In this document: positions 11,654-25,856 of the stretch, one piece after another
Layout: each line of letters starts with the position of its first letter
Numbering within the stretch: the first letter of the stretch is position 1
NCBI RefSeq assembly: GCF_020745735.1
Contig: NC_083446.1
Span: 13,184,068-13,248,067 of the forward strand
Length of the DNA stretch: 64,000 nt
DNA from: Hemiscyllium ocellatum
Lineage: Eukaryota
Direction: 5' to 3'
The notes under the pieces: generated by a model
The model's input: only the letters and a program-made list of their open reading frames with translations
Told to the model about the DNA's origin: nothing
Database searches by the model: none
Position numbers and translations under genes: made by a program

Positions 11654-14600
11654 TAGAGTCAGAGAGATGTACAGCATGGAAACAGACCCTTCGGTCTAAC
11701 CCATCCATGCTGACCAGATATCCTAAATGAATCTAATACCACTTATCAGCATTTGGCCAGTCTCAATTTAAACCCTTCCGATTAATATACTCATCCAGAT
11801 GTTCTTGTTTTTGTAACTGTACCAGCCTCCACCACTTCGTCTGGCAGCTCATTCTATACAACTACCATCCTCTGTGTGAAAAAGTTGTTCCTTAGGTCCC
11901 TTTTATGTCTTTCCCCTCTCACCCTAAACCTATGCTCTTTAGTTCTGGACTCCCCCCAACTCAGGGAAAATACCTTGTCTATTTAGCCTATCCGTGCCCC
12001 ACATGATTTTATAAACCTTTATAAAGTCATCCCTCAGCCTCAGACGCTCCAGGGAAAACAGCCCCAACCTATTCAGCCTCTCTCTATAGCTCAAATCCTC
12101 CAACCCTGGCAACAAGCTTGCAAATCTTTTCTGTATCCTTTCAAGTTTCACAACATCCTTCCTACAACATAGAGACCAAAATTGAATGCAGTATTCCAAA
12201 GTAGCCTAACCAATATCCTGTATACCCACAACATGACCTCCCAATTCCTATATTCAATGGTCTGACCAATAAAGGAACGCATACCAAACACCTTCTTCAC
12301 TATCCTGACAATCTGCGACTCCACTTTCATGAAATGATGAACCTGCATTCCAAGGTCTCTTTGTTCAGCAACACTCCCTAGGACCTTACGATTAAGTGTA
12401 TAACTCCATACCTCATTTATGCTTCCAAAATGCAGCACCTTGCATAGATCTAAATTTAACTCCATCGCCACTCCTCAGCCCATTGGCCCACCTGATCAAG
12501 ATCCCATTGTAATCTGAGGTAACCTTCTTTGCTGTCCACTAGACCTCCAATTTTGGTGTCATCTGCAAACTTACTCACTGTACCTCGTGTGTTCAAATCC
12601 AAATCATTTAGGTAAATGACAAAAAGCAGTGGACCCAGCACCAATCCTTGTGGCACTCCACTGGTCACAGGACTCCAGTCTGAAAAGTAACCCTCCACCA
12701 CCACCCTCTGACTTCTACCTTCGAGCCAGTTCTGTTTCCAAATGGTTAGTTCTCCCTGCATTCCTTGTGATGTAACCTTGCTAACCAGTCAACCTTATTG
12801 ACTGCCTCACTGAAATCCATATAGTTCGTGTCAACCGCTCTGTCCTCATCAATCCTCTTCATAACTTCTTCAAAAAACTCAATCAAGTAAGTGAGATATG
12901 CTTTCCTGTGCACGAAGCCATGTAGACTATCCCTAAGCAGTCCTTTCCTTTCCAAATACATGTAAATCCTATCCCTCAAGCTTCCCTCCAACAGCTTGTC
13001 CACCACCAATGTCAGGCTCATTGATCTATATTCCCTGGCTTTTCCTTAACACCTTTCTTAAATAGAGGCACCACGTTAGCCAGCCTCCAGTCTTCCAACA
13101 CCCTACCTGTGACTATCGATGCTACAAACATCTCAGCGAGAGGCCCAGCAATCACTCCCCTAACTTCCCACAGAATTCTTGGGTACACCTGATCAGATTA
13201 GGGGGATTTATCCAGCTTTATGCATTTTAAGACATCCAGCACTACCTCCTCTGTAATATGGACATTTTTCAAGATGTCGTCATCTATTTCCCAACATTCT
13301 GTATCTTCCATGTCCTTCTCCACAGTAAATACTGATGCAAATATTTGTTTTGTATCTCCTGCAGCTCCATGCATAGGCTGCCTATTCCACACACTCACCA
13401 CCCTCTGCATGAAAAAGTTGTCCCTCAGGTCTCTTTTCTATCTTTCCCCTCTTACCCTAAACCTATGTCCTCTAGTTCTGGACTCCCCCACCCCAGGGAA
13501 AACACTTTGTCTCTTTACTCTATCCATGCCCCTCATGATTTTAGAAACCTCTATAAGGTCACCCCTCAGCCTCAGACAGTCTAGGAAAAACAGCCCTAGC
13601 CTAGTCAACCTGTCCCTAGCCTCCAACCCCGGCAACATCTTTGTAAATCTTTCCTGAACCCTTTCAACTTTCACAACATCCTTCTGATAGGAAGGAGACC
13701 AGAATTGCACACAATATTCCAATAATCAATGTCCTGTACAGCTGCAACATGACTTCCCAACTCCTGTACTCAGTACTCTGACCAATAAAGGAAAGCATAC
13801 CAAACACCTTCTTCACTATCCTATCTACCTGCGACTCCACTTTCAAGGAGTTTTGAACTTGCACTCCAAGATCTCTTTGTTCAGCAACACTCCCTAGGAC
13901 CTTACCATTCGGTGTATAAGTCCTGCTAAAAATTACTTTCCCAAAATGAGGCACCTCATATTTATGTAAATTAAACTCCTTCTGCCACTCCTCAGCCTGT
14001 TGGCCCATCTGATCAAGATCCGATTGTAATCCAAAGTAACCTTCTTCGTTGTCCAGTTTTGGCGTCATCTGCAAACTTACTAACTCTTTGAGGGACCCTA
14101 GTTACCCTTTTGTCTTTAATGTATTTATAAAATCTCCTTGGATTCTTCTAACCCTATTTGTCAAAGCTATCTCATGTTCCCTTTTTGCTCTCCTGTTATC
14201 TCTCTTAATTATACTCCTACTGCCTTTATACTCTTCGAAGGATTCACTCTATCTCTGCTGTCTATAGCTGACATATACTTCCTTCTTTTTATTGATCAAA
14301 ACTTTAATTTCTCTTGCGATCCAGCATTCCCCACATCTGTCAGTCTTGCCTTTCACTCTAACAGGAACATACTGTCTCTTGACTCTCAATGTCTTATGTT
14401 TGAGGGCTTCCCGTTTTCCAGCTGTCCCTTTACCTGAGAACATCTGCCCCCAATCAACTTCTGAAAGCTCTTGCCTAATACCATCAAAATTAGCCTTCCT
14501 CCAATTTAGAACTTCAACTTTTAGACCCGGTCTATCCTTGCTCATCACTGTTTTTAAAACTAATAGAATTATGGTCGCTGGCCCCAAAGTGCTCCCCCAA

Positions 14601-15570
14601 TGACACCTCAGTCACCTGCCCTGCCTTGTTTCCCAAGAGTAAATCAGGGTTTGCACCTTCTTTAGTAAGTATGTCCACATACTGAATCAGAAAAGTTTCT
14701 TGTACACATCTAACAAATTCCTCTCTATCTGAACCCTGAATACTGTGGCAGTCCCAGTCTATGTTTGGAAAGTTAAAATCCCCTGCCATTACCACTCTAT
14801 TATTCTTACAGATAGCTAAGATCTCCTTACAAATTTGTTTCTCAATTTCCCACTGACTATTGGGGGTATTTAGTGCAATCCCATAAGATGATCATCCCTT
14901 TCTTATTTCTCAGTTCCACCCAAATAACTTTCTTGGAATTTTCCCAGGAGTATTCTCCCCAAGTACATCCGTTTTGTTATCCTGTATCAAAAACACCACT
15001 CCCCCTCTTTTCTTGCCCCAATTTCTATTATTTGTATCGTATTTGTACGCTGGAAATTAAGCCGCCAGTCATGTCTATCTCTGAGCCACATTTCTGTATT
15101 TGCTATGATATCGCAGTTTCATGTTCCTAACCATGCCCTGAGTTCATCTACCTTCCCTGTTAGACCTCTTGCATTGAAATAAATGCAGTTCAATTAATCA
15201 GTCCTACCTTGTTCTCTGCTTTGTCCCTGACTGCTTGACTCCCTTCTTTTCTCAACTGTACCAGTCTCAAATTGATTTCTTTCCTCACTATCTCCCTGGG
15301 TCCCACCCTCCCACCTTACTAGTTTAAATCATCCCAAGCAGTTCCAGCAAATCTCCCTGCCACTATATTAGTCCCCGTCCAATTCAGGTGCAATCCATCC
15401 TCCTTTTACAGGTCACTTCTGCCCCAGATGAGATTCCAATGATCCAAAAATGTGAACCCTTCTCCCATACACCAGCTCCTCAGCCATCCATTCATCTGCT
15501 CTATCCTCCTTCACTAGCTCAAAGCACCAGGTGTAATCCAGATATTACAACCCTTGAGGACGTCCTTCGA
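11654..15570 (-). mobile_element. Long CR1 copy (ORF1 end, APE endonuclease, RT, 3' UTR) with a nested CR1 fragment at ~13365-14080
   Basis: GDFNFPNIDWD and SDHN (APE); SGVPQGLVLGPLLF and KFADDTK (RT); second copy of 3' motifs at 13438-14074. Confidence 0.9.
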
Positions 15571-15979
15571 TCAGCGAAGCGTTTCCCCCATAATCCTATT
15601 GACTCCAGATTTCTGAGAGCTTCTTGATTCCATACTCAGTCAAAATGGCCTTGATAGAAACATTGAATATAGGTGTAGGCACGGGCCTTTGAGCCTGCCT
15701 CACCATTCAATATGATCATGGCTGATCATCCAGCTCAGCATTCCATTCCCACTTTTTCCTCATATCCCCAGATCCTTTCTTTAAAGTCTTCGGCATTTTG
15801 ACCTTATCAGTTTCCTGTGGCAGAGAATTCCACAGGCTCACCAGCCTCTGTGTTGAAGAAATACCATCTAAAACACCTACCCCATTTCCTTTGACTATGA
15901 TACCTTGTTCTGAACTCTCTGATCAGAGACCATCCCTCCTGCATTTACCATGTCTAATCCTATTCGATGCTAGGGGCTC

Positions 15980-16440
15980 CCAATGTCATCTCATCGCTGG
16001 AATTCAGCTTTTTTTTGTTCATGTTGGAGACAAGGCTGTAAGCAGTCTGGAACTTAGTGGCCCTGGTAGACTCCAACCTGGGTTTTAGTGAGCAGGTTAT
16101 TGCTGATTAGGTGTTGCACAATGGCACTATCGAAGACACCTTCCATGACTTTACTGTTGACCAAGTGTACAGTGATAGGATGGCAATTGGCTGGGTTGGA
16201 TTTGTCCTGCTTTGTTGTGTATGCTACATTCACTTTCCTCAACCAAGTCATTAATATATAAATTATAAATAACAGTGCTCCAGCACTGATCTCTGTGACA
16301 AACCACTTGGTACAGTTTGCCATCCTGAAAGTGCTCCTTGTTTTTCCAACACTGACTTCTATTAGTTAGCCAATCCTCGATCCATGCTAAATATACTACA
16401 TCCAACTCCATCTTATTACATTACCTAATGTGCAAGTTTT
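15980..16440 (-). mobile_element. LINE family B RT fragment plus CR1 RT fragment
   Basis: KQDKSNPANCHPI..SKVMEGV..HLISNNLLT; LAWIEDWLTNR. Confidence 0.7.
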
Positions 16441-17379
16441 GAAAGTCTCCTGAAAATTAATATCTTCAGGTAAGGCAAGAACTGCAGATTTCCTTCCTGA
16501 TGAGCTATTCACGAATTATGTGAATTTTTAATAGCAATTGAGGAAAGTTTCATGATCATCATTACAGAAACTATCATTTGATTTCAGATTTATTAATTGA
16601 ATTTTAATCCTGACTGCTTCCATTGTGGGATTTGAATTCATATTATCACATTGTTGGCCTGGTCTTCTGGCTTATTAGTTAAATCGCCTTATCACAGCAC
16701 CAACATCTTCTCTACTCTCAGGTTAAACATAGCCTTCATGAAATTTAAGCTAAATCTCCTTAAATGATGCACCTCAAGAGAGTAAAGTAGCCTTGCGATT
16801 GCTGAAGATCTGAAACAAGACAGAATAGGACAGATGGCAGAGGTAGGGTCTTTACTCAGGGACCAGTATGGGTGTGGAACGTCCTGCCTGCAATAGTATT
16901 AAACTCATCAACATTAAGGGCATTTAAATGATCATTGGATAAATATATGGGTGATAATGGAATAGTATAGGTTCGATCGACTTCAGATCAGTTTCACAGG
17001 TCAGCACAACATCGAGGGCCAAAGGGCTGTATTGCGTTGTATTGTTCTATATTCTATATATTCTATAAATTGCGGGAGAAACTCAGCAGGTCTGACAGCA
17101 TCCATGGAGAAAGAAAGCAAGAGTTGTTCCTCAAGAGAGTGCCCACTTGCACCATCTCTGGGAATTCTTATCCTGCAACAGCCATACTATACAGGCACAC
17201 ACTTGTGGAACTATAATGTTGTTTTATGTGAATTAGAACCAACACGTGCTGAATTATGGCGATGTAGTGGAGTGTGTCCATACTCTCTGAGAAGGGGCCT
17301 ACAGTGCTTTCCAGAGCGAGAGTGGCACTCCCTTATCATGAGTCTTGGGATCCTCAGCTTGTTGAAGTAGGAAAGAGAA

Positions 17380-18850
17380 GCTTTCATGTCGGGTTTCCGG
17401 TGGTACGAATTTTCCAGGCAGGTGAAAGTTGACTTACTCTTGCCACTGCAGCAACCCCTTCCATGTTGAACCCCTGCTCAGGGCTGGCACTGTCATGTTG
17501 CTGAGGGCAGTGCCTGGCTGCTCGTCAGTTTCCCTTTCAAATCGCAATGCAGCCGATGCCACCAAGACAATTCCTGACTGGCGAGAGCTCCTGCTTTAAT
17601 CTTGACTTCAAACGTCATTCTAAAATATCCCAGGAATGCTTTGAACAACTACCGGGAGATTAATAGTGGTCATTCCAGGAGGTTTAGTAAGCTTTGGAAG
17701 TGCTCTGGCATCAGCCCTTTCTTTATCATGGAGAAGCAGGATGAGTGATTTAAGCACACTTGAAGGTTTAGATAGTTTGTTAACTTCTGTGAAGAATATT
17801 TATCAAAAGGTTGACTCTTTATGAGGTGTGATCAGATTTTGACAAATTTAGAAACACAGGACAATATAATGGAAGAGCACATAATGGAAATCAATAAGGT
17901 GTCTGCAAGACTGCAAAAATTTCATTTGGAAATTTCTCAGCCTTGTGCTGGCATCTAAGTTATCAAAGTATCAATTGTAGACAGACTTCTGGTTTTGACA
18001 GGAGTTACACTATTGATACAAGAATAAATGTCAGAAGCAATGAAACAGTTCTGAGGAAAGCATTCTTTCTGAGCAATTTTGTCACACAGAGGAACGATCA
18101 GTGTTATGACGGAAAATGAACGATACAATGTTATCAAATTGGTGAGACCATCTACATACAAGTCGCAGATGACAGGATGAAAAGTGAAGTGAAACTACTA
18201 GAAATGGAGCAGAAATACTATTGATAATTTGAGAAGGAAAGAGAATTTGGGATTTATAATATGCGAATGAAGCCCAGAAATGGTCAGGGTGTGGTCAATC
18301 AATGTCTCAGTATTTCAAAGTGTCACCATACCAAGAACCCTTGAAAACAGTTGCAAACTTCAAAAGTATTCAAACTGGGAATTTGGAGAAAGATTTGGAG
18401 ATACAGATCAAAGAGTGAATATTGTATTGGTCAGCGACGGTGGCTGTCTTTCTGCTGTTCCTTATTGGACAGTAGGTGCACATCTATTGTAGAAGTTTTA
18501 AGATCCTAGATAATTCAAACTCAAATCGCAATATTAATTTGTTCATTTGAGACTTTAAGCAATAAGGCAACTTAAGACAGTCTGGTGCAGTCAGGAAGGT
18601 AACTTTACTCGGGTTATGAGGGTAAATTTTAAAGCAGGGTGGTGACTTTCTATGCAGGCTACAGCTCTTGCATTCCGGTTCAAGTGCCACTCAACTCTCA
18701 GTTTCTCCAATGCCTTGAGAGCATTTCACTCCTGATTGGAAGCAGGATAACTTCAAACTTTCTCTCATGCATATTTATTCCCAAAAGCTATTGCTTAACT
18801 CCAGGTCACAGCCTACAGCATGATCAATTACACCCTTATATTCGCATTGA
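17380..18850 (+). mobile_element. Possible highly decayed L1-type 5' UTR and ORF1
   Basis: CpG-bearing leader, then broken purine-rich coiled-coil-like frames; LRRKENLGFI and VTFYAGYS weakly recall ORF1 RRNNLRI and FYPDYS. Confidence 0.3.
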
Positions 18851-19319
18851 CCTAGATTAGGTGAGACGTATAGCTAATTGGATTAAGGGGCACATGATCA
18901 ATCTCTAATTGGCTTTTTGAGGTGATGGACATCGACTGATTTCACCTCCCACTACCTCCTTTTTGGTTTCTTATCCATAAGTCTTCTTTTCAATACACAT
19001 TGACATTATCTCCTTATTCAGATAAGAGACTAGTGTGAAAGCTTTTGACCTCTTTGTTAAAGAAAAAGGGAGGCATTTTCAAAAAAGGACCAGAGATTGG
19101 TATTCTTTAGCCCATGTCTTAGTGTTCACTTGTGTTGAAGTTCCCATTAAATCAGATATTTAGTTACCATTGACCATTTTTGTTTCCTGAGAGCCATTTG
19201 TGCTAATTGTTCTTGTTTTGCTGTGTTTGAACGCTCGGAAACAGTCCATGTTCCCCTTTACATAAGAGGTCATAGGTGTGTAGGTATACAAATCTCTTCA
19301 TATTGTTAGGAACATAAAT

Positions 19320-19770
19320 AAGGAGCCAATGGCACGAGCATTGAGATCAAGATCATCCAAAACCTTCATCAGTAAGCCACCGATTTGTTCAACATGCCCG
19401 AGTTCCAACTGCTAAAGCAAATCTTCGCCCATCTTCAGGAAGGCACTGGAACAAGAGGTGGTCAAAGGAAATGTTTTAAAGACTACTGAAGGCTTACCTC
19501 AAGGAATGCAGCATAGATACTGACACCTGGGAGATCCTTGTTCAGAGGAAAGTGAATTGGAGGAAACTCCCCTACACAGGGACAGGATTCTTTGAGAACA
19601 TCTGTCAGTACAAGAAAGTAAGGAAAAGGAACTGGAGAAAGAAATGCCAGCAATCTCAAGGCCAAGGATCGCTTTGACTCGGAGGCGCCTGCCAAACCTG
19701 TGGTCAGAGATATCACCCTAGGATCAGGCTCTTCAGCCACACAAGGACCCATAGGACCCAGGACTGATGA
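19320..19770 (+). mobile_element. RTE-clade LINE 3' fragment
   Basis: LLKQIFAHLQEGTGTRGGQRKCFKD..KAYLKECSIDTDTWEIL..W resembles the RTE C-terminus. Confidence 0.7.
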
Positions 19771-20037
19771 TAGAGAATTTCCCAAGGGGAGTGGTGGTGG
19801 TGGTGGTGGTGTGGGGGGGTGGGGGAGGGAGTGCATTCAGACTCAATGGTGACTGATTGCCGATGATGACAATACAGGGTATGCTCAGTCTAATGAATTA
19901 TAATCTGACCTTCGATACAAAGTTTACATTTAATCAAATGCTGTACACTAACAGGTCAAGAAAATGAAACAGCTGTGGTTGGGAATTCTTGTTAAGGGCT
20001 ACCTCTTACTTGTTCAACATTGGAAGCCTGGACGCTT

Positions 20038-20895
20038 AGAGTCATAGAGATGTACAGCACGGAAACAGACCCTTCGGTCCAACTAGTCCATGCCAACCAG
20101 TTATCCAAACCTAATCTAGTTTCACCTGTCAGCACCTGGCTCATATCCCTCCAACTTCTTCCTTTTCATATACCCATCCAGATGCCTTTTAATTGCTGTA
20201 ATTGTACCAGCCTCCACCACTTCCTCTGGCAGCTCAATCCATACACGTATCACCCTCTGTGTGAAAAAGTTGCCCCTTAGGTCTCTTTTAGATCTTTCCC
20301 CTCTCATTCTAAACCTATGCCCTCTAGTTCTGGACTCCCCCACACCAGGGAAAATACTTTGTCTATTTAACCTATCCATGCCCCTCATGATATTATAAAC
20401 CTCTATAAGGTCACTCCTCAGCCTCCGATGCTCCGGGGTAAACAGCCCCAGCCTTTCCCTATAACTCAAACCCTCCAACCCTGGCAACATCCCTGTAAAT
20501 CTTTTCTGAACCCTTTCAAGTTTTACAACATCTTTCTGATAGGAAGGAGACCAGAATTGCACGCAATAATCCAACAGTGGCCTAACCAATGTCCTGTACT
20601 GCTACAACATGACCTCGCAACTCCTGTACTCAATACTCTGACCAATAAAGGAAAGCATACCAAACACCTTCTTCACTATCCTACCTAACTGTGACTCTAC
20701 TTTCAAGGAGCTATGGCCCTGCACTCCAAGGTCTCTTTGTTCAGCAACACTCCCCAGGACCTTACTATTAAGTGTATAAGTCCTGCTAAGATTTGCTTTC
20801 CCAAAATGTAGCACCTCACATTTATCTGAATTAAACTCCTTCTGCCACTTCTCAGCCCTTTGGCCCATCTGATCAAGACCCCATTGTAATCTGAG
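20038..20895 (-). mobile_element. CR1 3' fragment
   Basis: ORFs 20122-20589 and 20602-20868 carry CR1 ORF2 C-terminal motifs. Confidence 0.93.
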
Positions 20896-21489
20896 CTAAC
20901 CAGAGTCCTCTCAGCTGTAAGTCTAAAGCAATAGGTTGTTGCCTTCACACAGTTCACAAGCCCATAATGCACTTCTTTGATGAATAAAGCTCAGTAGTGT
21001 CACATGATGTTACCGTGCTAAGACCTGTGTTATACCTATGTAGAATAACACAATACTAATGAAGACACTTCAGTTCTATGATCATAACTCAACTAAGTCA
21101 ATCCTAAAATATTAATTTCCCTACTAATCCTAAAACTGTGTGTGGAATAAACTGATACCTAGACTCTCTGAGAAAAAACTCGGGACAGACTTAGGAATTT
21201 GACAGTTCCACCTGTTTCAGATTTGGAGACGGAGTTACTGTACAAGAAAATCTTTGAAAAGGGTGGTTATTCCTTTAAAAAGAACCTGAATCAATCATTT
21301 TATTAACACAGATGTAGTCTCCGGTGAAATATTTAAGAAAACCATTGATAAAGTAAGCGCAGATGAAATTGAAGATATTAAACAATAAAGCTTTGTATTT
21401 GGAAAATTTATGAATTTGTACATTACACTATTGTGTTCATTTTCTGAAACATAGGAGGGCATGTCTGACCACCTGATTGAAATTTTGAA

Positions 21490-23650
21490 GAGGTGACCAG
21501 ATGTTTGTTGATCAATGCAGTTGATTTGCAGGGTTCTGCATTCGAGATGGATCACAATGGTAAAAGCCTGTAGGATCCAAAGAAATTTGGCTAACAGATC
21601 CAGAATTGGCAGGAAGCAGGAATGAGTGGCAAGGAATGTTTTTGTGACTGGAAACTTTTAACAGGTGAGGTTCTGCAGGGGTCAGTGTTGGTGCCCTTGT
21701 TGTTTGTAGTGTACATATAAATGATTTAGACTTGAATGTAGGAAGGTTGGTCTGTAATTGGATAGATGATACAAAAATTGGTGGGGTGGCAAAAAGTGAG
21801 CAAGATAGCTTTAGAGGACAGGACAATATAGACAGACTGATCAGAGGCAAATGGAATTCCACTGGTCCCTTAAGGTAGCAGGAAATGTTGGTAAAGTGGT
21901 TAAGGCAGCATATGGATACTTGTAATTATTAGACAAGACATTGAGTTTAAGAACAAGGGTGTTATTCTGGATCCTGTGTTAAGCCACAACAAGAGTATTG
22001 TGAGCAGTTCTGGAATCCACATTATAGGAGGGAAGTGATTGCATTGAGAAGGTGCAGGAAACATGTTACCAGGATGTTGACTGGGCTGGAAAGTTTCAGT
22101 TTTGAAGGAAGATTGGATAAACTGGGATTGTTTTCATCACAGCAGGGAAGACAGAGGGTAACATTCCCTTTAAATCTCCCACCCCTTACCTGAAGTCTAT
22201 TCATCCTGGTCACGGATCCCTCCCAAAAGGGAGAAATTCCTTCCTGTCTACTTTATCTATGTCCCTCATCATTTTATCCATCTCAATCATGTCCCCCTCA
22301 GTTTCCTCCGCTCCAAGGAAAACAATTCCAGTTTGTCCAATCCCTTTTCTTAGCAAACTCTTTTCAGAAAGGGGAACTATAACTGGTGGGATGCCACAGG
22401 GATCAGTGTGCTGTGGCCACAATTATTTCTAATGTATAAGGTCATAAGGCTTTTACAGCAGAGACAAAGGCCCTTTTGCCCATTCTTAGTTGTGCTTGAG
22501 AAGATGATAGTGAGTTGCCTTCTTGAATCACTGCAGACCATTTGGTGTGAGACAGACCTACAATGCCACTATGGAAGGAGTTCCAAAATTTTGAGCTAAT
22601 AAAACTGAAGGAATGGTAACATATTTCCAAGTCAGCACAGGAGAGGAACTTGCAGGTGATAGTGTTACCACATAGCTAAATGCTGTTATCCTTCTAGAAT
22701 GTTGAGGTTGTGAGTTTAGAAGGTGTTGTCAAAGGTGTCTTGGTTCCCTTATCTAAGGAAAGATATACTGGCACTGGATGCAATCCAAAGAAGGTTCACT
22801 ATATTGATCCTGAGGATGGAAGGATTATCTTTTGAAGACAGTTTGAGTACATTGTGCCTTTTATCATTGGAGTTTAGAAGATTAAAAGGAGTAAAGATTC
22901 TTAGGGCCTGGAGGATGAACACGTCATCTTCCGCCTTGGGATTGTCCAACCACATGGGATCAATGTGCATTTCACCAGTTTCCTCATTTCCCCTCCCTCC
23001 ATCTTATCCCAGATATAACCTTACAATTCTGCACCACCCTCTTGACCTGTTGTACCTGTCCATCCTCCTTCCCAGCTGTCCGCTCCACCCTCCTCTCTGA
23101 CCAGTCACCATCACCCCCACCCATTTATCTCTCTACTCTCTAGGTCCGCAAGCCTCATTCTTGATGAAGGGCTTATGTCTGAAACATCATCTCTCCTGCT
23201 CCTGGGATGCTGCCTGACCTGCTGTGCTTTTCTAGCACCACACTCTCTTGACTCTGATCTCCAGCGGCTGCGTCCTTACTTTCTCCTTCTTAGGGGGCTA
23301 GACAATGTAGATTCATAAAGTTTGTTTCACCTTTGTGGGAAGGTCTAGGACTAGAGGGCATAGTTTCAGTGGAAGGAGTGACCCAGTTAGGCCAAAGATG
23401 ACAAATTTCTTCTGTCTGAGGGTTGGGAATCTGTGAAATCCTTCACCATGGAGGACTATAGTGATTGGGTTGTTAAGTAAATTCAAGGTTGAGACAGACA
23501 TATTTGTAATAAGTTAGGGAATCCAGCATTATGGGTAAAATGCAGGAAAGTAGATCTGTGGATTGTCAGATCAGCTGTGATCTAATTGAATAACAGAGCT
23601 GCCTCACTTGTTTAAATGGCCAATGTCTGCTCCTATGTCTTCTGACCTAA
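21490..23650. mobile_element. Mosaic of old CR1, LINE family B and Penelope tail (22905-23290) fragments
   Basis: DDTKIGG RT motif at ~21765; inverted CR1 piece at 22165-22350; HHR-bearing tail at 23155-23290. Confidence 0.7.
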
Positions 23651-24214
23651 TAGAATAATGTCTGCAGGGAATAAAAACTCTTGTGAACTTTCTCCAATTG
23701 ACTTTTAGCAGAGACTGAGTTGAAGGTACAGAGCTGGGTGGGAAAAAGAGCTATGGAAACTGGATACCTTTCCCCAAAGTAACTTCAGATGGGATTTTTC
23801 TGTGCAGCCTGTTTCATGTCCTGGAGTCACCTTCACAAAGCAGTCTTACAGAAGTACTGGATTAATGCAGGGCTATTGTGTTTGCTGAGACTGTGGCAGG
23901 AGTTAATATTTGACACCAACTGTCCCAGATTAATAGAATCCAAGTGAAATGCTCACTCACGAAGGGTTATGAACAGAAATAAGCCAGTCTATGAATCCGG
24001 AGGGTTGTGGCAGGTTGCAATGGCTGTAAGAATAAAGAGAGCACTACTTGGCAGCAATATGGAGATGCCTCAGGCTCACATCAGGATCAGGAAAGAGGTG
24101 GAGAAAGGCTCCCTCGTGCAGAGAAAGGGACAAAACACCCCTGCTATTTGCAAGATCACTAAAGAAATCCAGGAGAAAATGAGAAAGAATATGGAGAAAC
24201 CAACAGATAACTGA

Positions 24215-24845
24215 CAGCTGGCCCATGCAGGTGTGATGGTCAAGAAGGCACAACAACATCTTCTTCCTCAGGGGGCCCAGGAAATTTGGCATGTCCATAA
24301 TGACCCTCAGCAACTTTGACAGATGCACCATTGAAAGCACACTAGCCGGGTGCATAACAGCCTGGCATAGCAGTTGCTCTGCTCAGAACGTTAAAAATGA
24401 CACAAGGTCATGGGCACAGCCCAGATCATCATGGAAGCCAGCCTTTCATCCATGAACTCAATTTACATGACCCGTTGCCATGGAAAGGCTGCCAACATCA
24501 TCAAATACCCATCCCACCCTGGTAATGATCTTCTACAATCTCTTCCGTCAGGGAGAAGATATGGAAGCTTGAACACATGAACCAACAGGTTTAGGAACAG
24601 TTTCTTTCCAGCTGTTATTAGACTGATGAATGGAGTCTCTAACTTCAAATAATGCTGATCTTGCTAAGGTTGATCTTACTTAGTGCTCACCCTGTGCGAT
24701 GTAATTTGTATGTCCTTGTTAGCTTTTTCATCACCCAATGATCTGTATGCCCTTACTTACTATGATCTGCCTGTACTCTATGAAAACAAAGCTTTTAACT
24801 GTATTTGGGTACTCATGACAATAAATCAATCGATCAATCAATTAA
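24215..24845 (+). mobile_element. Rex1/Babar-type LINE 3' fragment
   Basis: KKAQQH..FLR..RKFGMS..NFDRCTIES..CITAW; tail aataaatcaatc repeats; second copy at 48090-48580. Confidence 0.75.
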
Positions 24846-25630
24846 TCAGACTAGAAACAATTATTGAAGTAAAACAATCTCTTGTCAGGAAATCTCCAGT
24901 CAGAAAAGCAGCAACATTGAAGAAATGTTGGCATAATTAGTAGGAAGGTGAAACTTACTTTCCCATGAGAAACTGGGAAAAGCACTGGGCAAGATAATGT
25001 CAAAACCAGCAAAGACCAAGCACACTTTCTTTATGTTATCTTTAACTTTCTTGCTTAGCCATTGTTGTTTCCATGGAATATATCACAGTTGGGAGGAATT
25101 GAATATCTCTTTAAACATTTACCACTGGTCATCAACTGTCCCACCATTTTGTTTTCCTGTTCAGTCCATTAGGACCAAATCTGTCCTTTTGCCTATGTAT
25201 TTCCATTGTTTAACTCCAAAATGCTAGTTGACACTTCAGTTTATCATCCTCAAACTGAATTTGAAATTCTAACATGCTATGATCACTGTTCCCTCTTGGA
25301 TCCTTTACTATGAGATCATTAATTAATCCAACCCCAAAGTAGCCTGTACCCGAATACATTCAAAGAAGTCTCCCTTGAGACAACCCATAACAATTTGTTT
25401 AATACAGTCTACACCCATACTAAAATTAGGTTGAATATTACTGATAGGAATATAACGGGACCATATTGAAAAGCTGCGGGTTTTTGAGAACTCTTGTCTT
25501 TGAAGTTGGGTTTTCTGGAGATCAACGCAAATCCCCAGACCCGAGCATCAAAGACCAAGACCGCCCTGTGATGCAGAAAGGCCCCATCTGTAAACAAGGG
25601 AAATCAATGGCAGGTTGTTTACCCAGACTG

Positions 25631-25856
25631 AGAGTGTTTTGCTGGAAAAGCACAGCAGGTCAGGCCACATCCAAGGAGCAGGAAAATGTATGTTACGGGC
25701 TGGAGTCATTCAGCAGGAATCATCAAATTCCTATTGAAGGGCTCTGGCCTGAAACGTTGATTTTCCTGCTCCTTGGATGCTGCCTGACCTGCTGTGCTAT
25801 TCCAGCAACACACTCTCAACTCTGATCTCCAGCATCTGCAGAACTCACTGTCTCCC
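25631..25856. mobile_element. Head-to-head Penelope-derived pLTR pair with degenerate HHRs
   Basis: Inverted arms; perfect 15-bp direct repeat tgtttacccagactg at 25616-25630 and 25857-25871. Confidence 0.85.

Noticed and set aside
11654-15570. Active autonomous LINE or Penelope
   Set aside because: All RT and endonuclease frames in the window carry stops or frameshifts.
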